Source of the DNA: a virus
UHGV virus genome: UHGV-1369627
Direction: 5' to 3' (one strand)
Length of the DNA: 49,014 bases
A program made the translations under genes and the position numbers. Positions 29,225 to 37,584 of this stretch are shown piece after piece. Positions within the stretch are counted from its first letter, which is position 1. Every line of letters starts with the position of its first letter. Below the pieces are notes generated by a model. That model was not told where the DNA came from. It did no database searches and saw only the letters and a program-made list of their open reading frames with translations.

Positions 29225-30004
29225 CCTTATCTCGCCATAAACCATCCATTGAAGCATATAGCACCACTCCCACTCTGTAATATCATTCCTTAGCCATCGG
29301 CTATTCTTTTTGAAATTGTACTCTGCGGGTTCAGCTTTAAGGTTGTACAGGCAGTTAACCAGTTCTGGATGTATAAGCCCATTCTTAACAAACCAGTTCA
29401 CAGGAAGAATATGGTCAATATGCCATGAACTTCTATCATCAAAGCTCATCCATGCCTCCATTGTTGACTCTATATGGTTAACAAATTCATCTTTTGAGTA
29501 ACCAAGAACTTCATCAATGCTTGAATCAGAAAGAACAGTGCCGATCTTGATATCCATTCTTTCCAGAGTCTTCCTCAGCAACCTATGGTGTGGATTGTCT
29601 ATCGCCCATTGCTTTACGTTTTGCAGTGCCTTTGCGTTACCATTTTTTGAGTAATACCATTTACGATAAATCTTCCTTTTCTTCTCCAAAAACTCCTCGC
29701 GCCTCAAGGGGTCTTCTCTCATCCTTTTGCTATATTTGGAGCCATTAAGCGACCTCCTTCTCCTGTTTTCTTCCTTTGAGTAATATTTATCATATGATTT
29801 TTTTCGGCTAATACGCTCCTTTTCCTGCCCCTCGCTTGTTGCGCGCTTGGCTCTGGTGAACTCATACAAACAATCCTTACATCTCCCTCCGCCAGCAGTA
29901 AAAAAGGTAATGCACCCGCATTTTGCGCAAGGGAGTTCAGTGCAGACAAACTGCTTTAATCCCTGCTCCCTGGCTTTAATGGCCAGCTCTTTTCTTGTAG
30001 CCAT
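29207..30004 (-). CDS. HNH endonuclease (Zn-ribbon N-terminus, HNHc C-terminus)
   Basis: WHIDHILPV motif. True start taken at MATRKEL (30004), not at the 366-aa ORF start. Confidence 0.6.
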   Translation of the reverse strand: MATRKELAIKAREQGLKQFVCTELPCAKCGCITFFTAGGGRCKDCLYEFTRAKRATSEGQEKERISRKKSYDKYYSKEENRRRRSLNGSKYSKRMREDPLRREEFLEKKRKIYRKWYYSKNGNAKALQNVKQWAIDNPHHRLLRKTLERMDIKIGTVLSDSSIDEVLGYSKDEFVNHIESTMEAWMSFDDRSSWHIDHILPVNWFVKNGLIHPELVNCLYNLKAEPAEYNFKKNSRWLRNDITEWEWCYMLQWMVYGEIRYKEGG

Positions 30005-30057
30005 AGTGTAATCCTTGCTGATTTGGTTTTGCCATCTTATCACATCAACGCGCCATG

Positions 30058-30066
30058 TGTTATAAT
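30058..30066 (+). promoter_or_regulatory. late promoter, extended -10 TGtTATAAT
   Basis: Lies 29 nt upstream of the 30096 gene. Confidence 0.45.
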
Positions 30067-30095
30067 TAATCAACATCAAAATAGAGGAATTTATC

Positions 30096-30290
30096 ATGGC
30101 TAAATACGAAGTTATCGCCAGCGGAATCTTCGTCAAGGATAAAGACGGTCGCCTGCGTGAGCTTACTATTGGCGATATCATTGACGAATCAAGCCCACAC
30201 ATTGAGTCAAAACTTCGCCCGGTTAGTGAGAAAGTTCTGGAAGTTGCAACTCCGCAAGAATCGCAGCCAAAGGCGAAGAAAACCAAGTAA
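30096..30290 (+). CDS. small Lys-rich protein (64 aa)
   Basis: RBS AGAGGAA. Has its own extended -10 promoter and its own terminator. Confidence 0.55.
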   Translation: MAKYEVIASGIFVKDKDGRLRELTIGDIIDESSPHIESKLRPVSEKVLEVATPQESQPKAKKTK

Positions 30291-30293
30291 AAT

Positions 30294-30320
30294 AAACCCG
30301 CAAACAAGCGGGTTTTTTAT
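30294..30320 (+). terminator. rho-independent terminator
   Basis: CCCGC-AAACAA-GCGGG followed by TTTTTTAT. Confidence 0.7.
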
Positions 30321-30331
30321 TGGGGGTTATC

Positions 30332-31150
30332 ATGGCTGTCAGGTATGAAATAAACACAACTCCAGCTGACGGAGAGGTTTTGCTTAGTGAAACCATGTCA
30401 GCAGACTGGACTGCATTGCAGGTGCAGATTGTGCCATTAAACTCTTCCGGCGGTCATGCACCATTAACAAGCGGCTCTGTTTCCGTAATGGTATCGCCGT
30501 TTGCATCTGGTGACTTCTGGATTGACGTTAACAATAATAATTATTATGGCGTAGCACTGCGACTGAAGGTGATTAAGTCGCAGCTCCCTGCTGGCGTTGC
30601 ATCTCTGAAAGTCCTGGTGTGGCGAGCTGATACCTCAGTGCCATCAAGTCAGGTTGTCGCGCAGTCCTACTCGGAGCTTGCCAATAAGCAGGGAAAGCTA
30701 TTCACCGCATCTCGTCGCGTGACCGATGTCGCTGGCGGTGCCAATCTTGACAGCATTTTTATTACCGGCTCAAAACAGGTTGTGTTTAACCAGCGCATAA
30801 TCGGATACACCGGTAAAGGTGTCGTAGCGTCAATCTACCGTGGAGCTGTAGCCACTGGTGGAACTTCTGCCGAGATTAACAACCCAAACGATGTCATCCC
30901 GCAAGCTGTGACTACGCAGTTGCTGACTGGCTCTACTGTGACAAGTGTGGGGCAACTAACGGTGGCCGCGACGTATAGTGAAGGGAACGCATCGAACCAG
31001 GGGCAGGGTAATTCACAGGCAAAACTTGGTGAGCAGGTCATCATGGCGCCTAATACTACCTATCTGTTACGCATCACGTCCCTGGATACTGCGGCGCAAA
31101 ATATCAATGCTTACGTTTCGTGGTTTGAGGATGACGCTTATCTTCCGTGA
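30332..31150 (+). CDS. virion structural protein (beta-rich, Thr/Ser/Val-rich)
   Basis: Start at MAVRYE with RBS GGGGGT; ORF 30320..31150. Confidence 0.45.
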   Translation: MAVRYEINTTPADGEVLLSETMSADWTALQVQIVPLNSSGGHAPLTSGSVSVMVSPFASGDFWIDVNNNNYYGVALRLKVIKSQLPAGVASLKVLVWRADTSVPSSQVVAQSYSELANKQGKLFTASRRVTDVAGGANLDSIFITGSKQVVFNQRIIGYTGKGVVASIYRGAVATGGTSAEINNPNDVIPQAVTTQLLTGSTVTSVGQLTVAATYSEGNASNQGQGNSQAKLGEQVIMAPNTTYLLRITSLDTAAQNINAYVSWFEDDAYLP

Positions 31151-31155
31151 TAAAA

Positions 31156-31190
31156 GAAAAGCCCCGAAAGGGGCTTTGTTTATTGTTTGT
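31156..31190. terminator. bidirectional rho-independent terminator
   Basis: AAGCCCC-GAAA-GGGGCTT with T-runs on both strands. Confidence 0.7.
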
Positions 31191-31365
31191 CCGGGTCTGC
31201 GTAGAAATTCAGTAGCTTTATGAAATCTCTTTTCCCTGAATGATTAAGATAAAATCCGGCAATTTCATTAAATACTTCATTTGATGCTTTTACAGAGAAG
31301 CCCATGTTGAGTGCGTCACGGGCTGCAATGGCCGCTTTTTTTGTTGTTTCTTTAATGCTCATCAC
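31180..31365 (-). CDS. hypothetical protein
   Basis: 61 aa; last gene of the ParB-like operon. Confidence 0.4.
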   Translation of the reverse strand: MMSIKETTKKAAIAARDALNMGFSVKASNEVFNEIAGFYLNHSGKRDFIKLLNFYADPDKQ

Positions 31366-31901
31366 TAAATCCTCATCGGCATAACGATAACTTTGGCAGT
31401 CTCGCCAGTTGGCGCACTGATGTTTGCGACGGCCGCGCTGGTGTTTCCGTTCAGTTCAAAGAGCACCGCTTCAAATTTCGGGTTAAACAGCCTCGCCAGC
31501 TTCTCAACATCTGCCAGATATTTGGCATTAAAGCCAATCTGTTCTGCTGGCGCAGTCTGCTTTGGAGTAACACGATCAATGTAAGGGAATCGGCCATTAA
31601 TCTCAGAGCAGATACCTGCGCCTACCATGATTTCATGCTCGTCATGGTAAGTAACAATACCTGTTTTGGTGTCCAGTAGCGCATGCGCATAGCGCTTGGT
31701 TGGCGACTTGCTGACAGAAACGATAACGTTATCTTTCAACTTATTTTCATGCTTACTGGCAATCATGGCGCGATGACCGTCAGTAGCGGCAACTCGACCA
31801 TCAGGCATAAAGCAAATGCCATTCAGGTAGTAACGCACATCATGTTTGGCCTGAAATATCAAAGCACCTTCAAGGAGCAACTTGCTAACTTTTAATTTCA
31901 T
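31365..31901 (-). CDS. truncated DNA polymerase III beta sliding-clamp (DnaN) homolog, about 178 aa
   Basis: Shares blocks with E. coli DnaN: KHDVRYYLNGICF...ATDGHRAMIA, GRFPYIDRVTPK, IGFNAKYLADV and C-terminal VIVMPMRI. RBS GGTGAAGGTGAAG. Start at MKLKVS within ORF 31365..31943. Confidence 0.65.
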   Translation of the reverse strand: MKLKVSKLLLEGALIFQAKHDVRYYLNGICFMPDGRVAATDGHRAMIASKHENKLKDNVIVSVSKSPTKRYAHALLDTKTGIVTYHDEHEIMVGAGICSEINGRFPYIDRVTPKQTAPAEQIGFNAKYLADVEKLARLFNPKFEAVLFELNGNTSAAVANISAPTGETAKVIVMPMRI

Positions 31902-32101
31902 TTCTTCACCTTCACCATGTGTTGTTTTGCAACCTTCAGGCATTCATCGAAAATCTTGCCCTTCTTTTCACTCTGGTTGAGCCTGTAGTGGGTAATGGCG
32001 GCCTCTATGGCCGCGTTGTCGATGCCTGGCAGTTTTTCGCGCAGGTTTTTCTCTATGAATTGTTCGGGGTTCATTACCAACTCTCCACCACGTTTGCGCA
32101 T
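31898..32101 (-). CDS. hypothetical protein
   Basis: 67 aa. Confidence 0.4.
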   Translation of the reverse strand: MRKRGGELVMNPEQFIEKNLREKLPGIDNAAIEAAITHYRLNQSEKKGKIFDECLKVAKQHMVKVKK

Positions 32102-32271
32102 TCATCATAAAATAAGAAATGCCTTGTTTTTTCTTCGTAACGCTTCATTTCAAATGCGATTATGTCCTCCTGATAGTGAATTTTATCCACCTGGCGAACC
32201 ACGCCGTCTCGCATTAGGATATGATCGCCTTCTTTTATGTTTTTTGCAGCAGTGCCAATTGTAATCATCAC
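32074..32271 (-). CDS. hypothetical protein
   Basis: 65 aa. Confidence 0.4.
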   Translation of the reverse strand: MMITIGTAAKNIKEGDHILMRDGVVRQVDKIHYQEDIIAFEMKRYEEKTRHFLFYDECANVVESW

Positions 32272-33119
32272 AGCTTCTCCAGAATCGCCAGCACTTCATT
32301 CAACTCCGCAGAAGGAAGGCGCAAAAATTCTTCTGTCTCCTGTGCCACATGGCCCTCAGCTACAACCATGTGATCTGCTTCTTTCAGCAACTGAATCAGG
32401 CGGTCAATCGGCTTAACTTTTTTGGCCTTGAGCGTTTTCGCCGTCACCTTATCTTTGCCCTGCGCTTTCGCTTCCTCAACGGCAGCATCAATAACGTTAA
32501 CGGCATCATCGCCATGCTCACGCGCCACTGCAACGGCGTTGGCATAGCTGATTTGTCCTGCGTTGATTCGCTGCTTGATGGCATCAGGCACATCACCAAG
32601 TGACAGGTGCATCTGCACATCAGAAACTGAGCGGCCTACTTTTTTGGCGATTTCTTCATTCGTCCATCCGAACCCTTTCAGGCGCACATAAGCCTTTGCA
32701 CGCTCAAGCGGGTCGAGTTGCTTGCCCTGACTGGAAGACACCATGAAGGCGATTTTATCCGCTTCATCACCGGTGAAGTCTTTGCACTCAATGCGCGCAA
32801 TTGGCACGCCGCGATCAATGGCACGCAATGCACCAAGATAACGATGCTGACCGTCAAGAATCTTAATGCGCTTTCCGTCAGTATCAGGAATAACAGTTAA
32901 CGCCGGGATTGGCTGGCCTGATTCCCAGCACTGCGCGAAGTATTCAACGTGCTGCTCATCTGCTTCGCGGATGTTGTACCCCGGCTCAAGGTAAAGCTGA
33001 TCGACAGGAACCTGATAACCTTTGTTGACCACGATTCCGCCGCGAGTTTCTTTGTCTGAGTAAATTTTTCCGAGAGATGTCATCTTTTCCTCACTTTGAT
33101 AAACAGATTGCACTGGCAA
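32268..33119 (-). CDS. ParB-like nuclease domain protein (ParB/Srx fold)
   Basis: ILDGQHR motif. HTH-like central region. Lys-rich C-terminus. Confidence 0.65.
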   Translation of the reverse strand: MPVQSVYQSEEKMTSLGKIYSDKETRGGIVVNKGYQVPVDQLYLEPGYNIREADEQHVEYFAQCWESGQPIPALTVIPDTDGKRIKILDGQHRYLGALRAIDRGVPIARIECKDFTGDEADKIAFMVSSSQGKQLDPLERAKAYVRLKGFGWTNEEIAKKVGRSVSDVQMHLSLGDVPDAIKQRINAGQISYANAVAVAREHGDDAVNVIDAAVEEAKAQGKDKVTAKTLKAKKVKPIDRLIQLLKEADHMVVAEGHVAQETEEFLRLPSAELNEVLAILEKL

Positions 33120-33203
33120 TGGCGAATCCGATAACGATTAACGCCAGCTTAATCTTGAAAATGCGCCATGCTTTCAGGTCTTCTTTGCGGATTTCGTGGC
33201 GGA

Positions 33204-33521
33204 TCATTTGGATTCTCCGAGTGCTTTGGTGATGGCAGAAACCAACTTCTCTCTAAGGTCTGGTTTCTGCTGCGACATCCAGAATCCAATCTCATCAAGT
33301 GTCGAGGTTAACGCTTCCAGCAACTCCGGCGCAGCGGCCATTATTCGTTGGTTAGCAACTTGAACCTCAACTTCAGGGTCAAACTCAACCCAACCGACAG
33401 GAATAATCATTCCATAAGACTGGTCGTCCTCTGTTGATTTTGGCCCTATTGCCCTGTCGTTATCGATAAACCACGGCCCAGGCGTACCTTTGAATTCATT
33501 CATCTTCATCACCTCTAACAT
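33204..33521 (-). CDS. hypothetical protein (Ead/Ea22-like motif ...ANQRIMAAAPELLEAL...)
   Basis: 105 aa. First gene of the leftward operon. Confidence 0.45.
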   Translation of the reverse strand: MLEVMKMNEFKGTPGPWFIDNDRAIGPKSTEDDQSYGMIIPVGWVEFDPEVEVQVANQRIMAAAPELLEALTSTLDEIGFWMSQQKPDLREKLVSAITKALGESK

Positions 33522-33531
33522 TTATTGTTGT

Positions 33532-33572
33532 TTCTACGTCATCACTATAGCGACACCCTCAATCTACGTCAA
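33532..33572 (-). promoter_or_regulatory. early promoter TTGACGTAGATT-N11-TATAGT (minus strand) with a downstream TGACGTAGA half-repeat
   Basis: The 12-mer is the reverse complement of 33561..33572. The -10 is the reverse complement of 33544..33549. A second TGACGTAGA copy is the reverse complement of 33534..33542. Confidence 0.55.
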
Positions 33573-33579
33573 CACTTTA

Positions 33580-33588
33580 TGATAAAAT
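33580..33588 (+). promoter_or_regulatory. late promoter, extended -10 TGaTAAAAT
   Basis: Upstream of the head-tail connector operon. Confidence 0.4.
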
Positions 33589-33733
33589 TAAACCAACAAC
33601 ACTCACCCCGCGCTGTTCCGTCCTGAAAAACGTAAGGCGGCGAAATTGGATATAGCAATCGGCGTTATCGTCATGGCGTTTTCGCTGGTTCAGGTGTACA
33701 GATGCTGGAAGTTCATCATTCGGAGAATAATTA

Positions 33734-34021
33734 ATGAGAGACGCGCTTCAGCACGCCGCAAACCAGATAATTAGTGGCACTGTCGGCCAGGTAATCGACA
33801 AAGCCGGTTATACATCCATCGGCACGGGTCTTGGCCTGAAGGTGGCAGAGCAGACGCCGGTCGCACAATCATACATTGCCTCAATGATCCCCCATTCGAT
33901 TACCGAGTGGGCAGCGGTAGCCTCTATACTTGGCGCGCTGTCACTGGTGGCAAAAAACCTTTTTGAGATGTGGTGGAAGATTCGGGAGAGCAAAAAGAAT
34001 GGCAGCACCGACAGCAAGTGA
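33734..34021 (+). CDS. small membrane protein (one C-terminal TM; holin-like?)
   Basis: 95 aa. Confidence 0.4.
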   Translation: MRDALQHAANQIISGTVGQVIDKAGYTSIGTGLGLKVAEQTPVAQSYIASMIPHSITEWAAVASILGALSLVAKNLFEMWWKIRESKKNGSTDSK

Positions 34022-34391
34022 ACTCGTCGCCGCCATGGCGTCAAGAGGCGTAACTATCACCACGGCAGACGCAACGGGCATCCTGTGTCTGGTGGCAAGC
34101 ATCACAGAGTGCCTTGAGCTTAATTACCCCGAGGACACATGCAGGCAGGATGCAATTCTGCTATGGGCCTCTATCCTGGTCGCCTCAAATACAGCCGGGA
34201 GATACATCACCAGCCACCGGGCGCCATCTGGTGCATCGCAGTCATTTGGTTATGGCAGCAAGCCGTGGATGGCCCTTTACAATCAGATGAAACTACTCGA
34301 TACGGCAGACTGCACAGGCGACCTTGTGGAAGAGCCTGATGGAAGTGCAAAGCCGTGGTTTCGAGTTGTCACCGGGAGTAAGTGCAGATGA
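33999..34391 (+). CDS. putative head-tail connector (gp6-like)
   Basis: Start at MAAPTAS within ORF 33930..34391. Positional and compositional call. Confidence 0.4.
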   Translation: MAAPTASELVAAMASRGVTITTADATGILCLVASITECLELNYPEDTCRQDAILLWASILVASNTAGRYITSHRAPSGASQSFGYGSKPWMALYNQMKLLDTADCTGDLVEEPDGSAKPWFRVVTGSKCR

Positions 34392-34509
34392 AAACGTCAA
34401 CATTAACTGTAAATATCGCAATCCGTAAGTGGTGCATACCGTTGCTGGTTATTCTGGTATTGCTGCGCCTTCCTGTTCCGCGCTGGATTTATACTCTTGA
34501 GGCCACACC

Positions 34510-34854
34510 ATGTCAGCAATAGCGAGATGGACCTACACGCAGCCATGCACCATCTGGCGGCTTACTGGCAAGGATAAGTATGGCAAGCCGACCTTCGCCG
34601 CGCCAGAGGCCATCATGTGCGATTATGGATTCGATAAGAATCTGACCACTGGCACAGCTGGCAATGAGATTGCACAGAAAAACACATTCTGGACGGAATA
34701 TCAGAATGCGTCTGTTGGCGACTTCATCATGCTTGGCACCGTCACAAGTGCTGACCCGCTGGCCGCCGGAGCTGACCAGATTAGAAACGTCGTGAATTAC
34801 GGCAATACGCTGGACCGCAATGACCTGCCTGATTTTGCGCTGGTGACGGGGTAA
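34510..34854 (+). CDS. head-tail joining/adaptor protein (putative)
   Basis: 114 aa, located in the connector block. Confidence 0.45.
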   Translation: MSAIARWTYTQPCTIWRLTGKDKYGKPTFAAPEAIMCDYGFDKNLTTGTAGNEIAQKNTFWTEYQNASVGDFIMLGTVTSADPLAAGADQIRNVVNYGNTLDRNDLPDFALVTG

Positions 34855-34857
34855 TGT

Positions 34858-35325
34858 ATGGCCGCCAAAATGCGAGGTATCCAGCAGGCGATTAAGCGCA
34901 CCCAGCAGATAGTCGGCGAGATTACTGGCGAAAAGGCTGTGCGGGCTATAAAAAGCGCCAACTTTATTATCCGTACTGAAGCAGCCAGCATGACACCTGT
35001 TGACACATCCAACCTCATAAACAGTCAATATGACACTGTTGAGGTGAATGGCACCCGTATAACCGGGAAGATAGGGTATACAGCAAAATACGCCCTGTAC
35101 GTACACAATGCGCCAGGCACGCTAAAGGGGCAGCCTCGCGCCCACTTTGGCAAGACAAGTAACCGCTCTGAGTTTGGGCCGCAGCAGGTCAGGGAGTTTG
35201 GTGGGGGTTCGTTGCAGGGAAACTATTGGGACCCGAGCGGCGAGCCTAAATTCCTCCTCAAGGCTGGCGAAAACACACGCGAGCTTGTCGAACAGGTAAT
35301 CAAAAAAGAGATGACGCTAAAATGA
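34858..35325 (+). CDS. HK97 gp10-like tail component
   Basis: DTSNLINSQ...YALYVHNAPG resembles the gp10 family. Confidence 0.5.
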   Translation: MAAKMRGIQQAIKRTQQIVGEITGEKAVRAIKSANFIIRTEAASMTPVDTSNLINSQYDTVEVNGTRITGKIGYTAKYALYVHNAPGTLKGQPRAHFGKTSNRSEFGPQQVREFGGGSLQGNYWDPSGEPKFLLKAGENTRELVEQVIKKEMTLK

Positions 35326-35705
35326 GAGATATGCTTGAGCTTGTTGACCAGTACCTTAGCGATGCCGGTCTTTATGATGGGTGGACTTCTCAGCTTGAGT
35401 TCTGGAACGATACCGAAGTTGGCACCGACCGGTTTATGGTGCTGCAATCCAATGGCGGTACGAACGTAAGCAAAGACCTCAGCAATGATTATTATTTTTC
35501 GCTCTATGTTGTCGGTCAGCAAGGTCAGTACAACATCGAAGAGACAAAAGAAAAAGCGCTTGATGTCATCGCATACATCAAAGAACATCCAGTTGATAGT
35601 TGCATTGGCATGATTCAGTTACAGGCGCCGCTTGGTCGCCCTACGCTTACGACAGAGAAAAGGCCTGTTTATGAGTTATTGCTGAGGGTTGTTTTTGGTG
35701 AGTAA
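35322..35705 (+). CDS. tail terminator/completion protein (putative)
   Basis: 127 aa, followed by a strong terminator. Confidence 0.45.
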   Translation: MRDMLELVDQYLSDAGLYDGWTSQLEFWNDTEVGTDRFMVLQSNGGTNVSKDLSNDYYFSLYVVGQQGQYNIEETKEKALDVIAYIKEHPVDSCIGMIQLQAPLGRPTLTTEKRPVYELLLRVVFGE

Positions 35706-35740
35706 AAAATGCCGCTAATAAGCGGCATGTTTGTTTCTGC
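35703..35740. terminator. bidirectional rho-independent terminator
   Basis: ATGCCGCT-AATA-AGCGGCAT with T-runs on both strands. Confidence 0.75.
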
Positions 35741-35918
35741 TTCTTAAATAATCCAATGCTTCGTCAAAGGATTCGAAGCTGGTATCATATCGCCCATTAG
35801 CATTTGCAACAACATACCACTTACCTACCTTTGATATGCCAGCAATCCTGCTGTTATTTTTGTCAGCTATGCGCCAGTAATCATCGTGGATTTTTTGGAT
35901 TTGTATCATTGCGCTCAC
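35715..35918 (-). CDS. hypothetical protein distal in the tRNA transcript
   Basis: 67 aa. Confidence 0.4.
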   Translation of the reverse strand: MSAMIQIQKIHDDYWRIADKNNSRIAGISKVGKWYVVANANGRYDTSFESFDEALDYLRSRNKHAAY

Positions 35919-35924
35919 CGAAGA

Positions 35925-36001
35925 TGGTTCCCGCGACAGGATTCGAACCTGTAATCATCCGATTATGAGTCGGGCGCTTTAACCAGTTAAGCTAAACGGG
36001 A
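35925..36001 (-). tRNA. tRNA anticodon CAT (Met, or Ile2 if lysidine-modified)
   Basis: Cloverleaf folded by hand. T-loop GGTTCGAATCC. Anticodon loop CTCATAA. CCA end encoded. Confidence 0.75.
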
Positions 36002-36004
36002 ATT

Positions 36005-36081
36005 TGGTGCACCATACTGGATTCGAACCAGTTACCGATTGCTTAGAAGGCAATTGCTCTATCCTGATGAGCTAATGGTGC
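36005..36081 (-). tRNA. tRNA-Arg (TCT)
   Basis: Acceptor GCACCAT/ATGGTGC. Anticodon loop CTTCTAA. T-loop TTCGAAT. CCA end. Confidence 0.75.
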
Positions 36082-36089
36082 GCTGAATA

Positions 36090-36177
36090 TGGCGGATAGT
36101 ACAGGATTCGAACCTGTGAACCGTTTCCGGTTTATCGGTTAGCAACCGACTGCTTTCGGCCTCTCAGCCAACTATCC
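36090..36177 (-). tRNA. tRNA-Ser (GCT), class II with long variable arm
   Basis: Acceptor GGATAGT/ACTATCC. Anticodon loop TTGCTAA. Variable stem ACCG-GAAA-CGGT. Confidence 0.75.
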
Positions 36178-36564
36178 GTGTTGTTGTGGTGGCCGGTGCT
36201 GATCTCCGGCTTTCTCTGGCATTACGCGTACCCAAGACTATTCTCCAGAGATAGCGCTGTCCTCATCAAGGGGTGCCGTCTCTAACGTATCAGCCTACGC
36301 ATTCACCACAACGATAATGGCACTCGCCAGAGTGGAATATTTTTCAACCGACTGTGAATATCAGGGAGTCCAAGTGCCATTACCTGTTGTGTGCCCATTA
36401 TTAATCACACCGGGCCAGTGCGCCGAATTCATTGACAAGGAGTCGGAAGACCTTGCTGGTGTTTAGCCGTTAGGCTACTGCCAGATACATTTCTTCGTTT
36501 GCATTTATCTTTGTGGTCAGTTTCTAAAAACCCGCAAAGTCGCACCGAAAACTATCTGCCATTT

Positions 36565-36593
36565 AATCTACACCACCAATCAAAACCTGTCAA
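36565..36593 (-). promoter_or_regulatory. promoter TTGACA-N17-TAGATT (minus strand) driving a ~380-nt leader plus the tRNA cluster
   Basis: -35 is the reverse complement of 36588..36593. -10 is the reverse complement of 36565..36570. Confidence 0.5.
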
Positions 36594-36595
36594 CA

Positions 36596-36604
36596 TGATA
36601 TAAT
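36596..36604 (+). promoter_or_regulatory. late promoter, extended -10 TGaTATAAT
   Basis: Lies 34 nt upstream of the major tail gene. Confidence 0.5.
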
Positions 36605-36638
36605 GCGATTGTTTAGCTAAACACAGAGGATTCTAAAC

Positions 36639-37394
36639 ATGGCTATTTGTGCAAATGATAACGGCATCATCACAGGCCGCCAGTCGCTCATTGAGCTGGC
36701 TGATGGCTGCTGGGATGCTGTGCCAGCAGAGGAAGACTGGAAGTTTTTTGCTCCCATGACCTCAAAAGGCGTCGACTTCAGCCCAAGCACCACCACCTCA
36801 GAGGCTGATGATGGCGATGGCTTTGTCGCCACGCTGGTCACTACCGCAGACCTCACCATTTCTGGTGATTTCGAAGTTCGCAAGGCCGACAAGGCTGATG
36901 AGTATGGCGTGCATAATCTCATCAAATACTTTGTCACAGAAGTTAAAGCGCGTCGCCAGCCGTCGCTGTGGGTTCGTCAAACGACTGGTAACACCGTCGT
37001 GGTAGCTTACTGCAACATCACCGCGCTGAGCTACGATGGCGGCACCAACGACATCATCACCGGATCGGTTGAATTCAAGCCTTATGATGGCTCTACCGTT
37101 GATGTGTCCAGCATCGAAGATTTGACGCTGACTACTGATATCAGCGCAACCAAAAGCGTTGCTACTGGCGCCACTCTGACGCTTGGCCCTGTTGCAGCTT
37201 CTGGCGGTGTAGAGCCTTATACCTATCAGTGGTATAAAGGAACCACGCCGATCAGCGGTGCTACTACCGACACGTTCACCAAGGCCACTGCTGCCGCAGG
37301 TGATGCTGGTACGTACTTCTGCCGCGTGATGGACTCGGCAACAAGTCCTGATTACGTTGACTCCACCAAGTGTGTTGTTACCGTTACGGCATAA
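36639..37394 (+). CDS. major tail protein with C-terminal Ig-like (Big_2-type) domain
   Basis: 251 aa. C-terminal ...PYTYQWYKG...GTYFCRV... Ig fold. Followed by a strong terminator. Confidence 0.7.
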   Translation: MAICANDNGIITGRQSLIELADGCWDAVPAEEDWKFFAPMTSKGVDFSPSTTTSEADDGDGFVATLVTTADLTISGDFEVRKADKADEYGVHNLIKYFVTEVKARRQPSLWVRQTTGNTVVVAYCNITALSYDGGTNDIITGSVEFKPYDGSTVDVSSIEDLTLTTDISATKSVATGATLTLGPVAASGGVEPYTYQWYKGTTPISGATTDTFTKATAAAGDAGTYFCRVMDSATSPDYVDSTKCVVTVTA

Positions 37395-37425
37395 AGAAAA
37401 CCCCCGAAAGGGGGTTTATTTTCTC
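37395..37425. terminator. bidirectional rho-independent terminator
   Basis: AAACCCCC-GAAA-GGGGGTTT followed by ATTTTCT. Confidence 0.75.
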
Positions 37426-37584
37426 AGCAGTGAAGACACGCGGATTCTCCACAATGACAAGTTAGCGAGCGATACCGCTAAATCCATGTGAATCAATCTA
37501 AGCTTTTCAATATCAACAAAGACCGGGCCGTTGTATTGTTGATTGCTTCTTATGTACTTTGAAATAGTATCAGCATCATTATTA

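Noticed and set aside
30005-30307. N-terminal 100 aa of the 366-aa minus-strand ORF
   Set aside because: Low-complexity translation antisense to a well-supported plus-strand gene and its promoter. The HNH domain starts cleanly at 30004.
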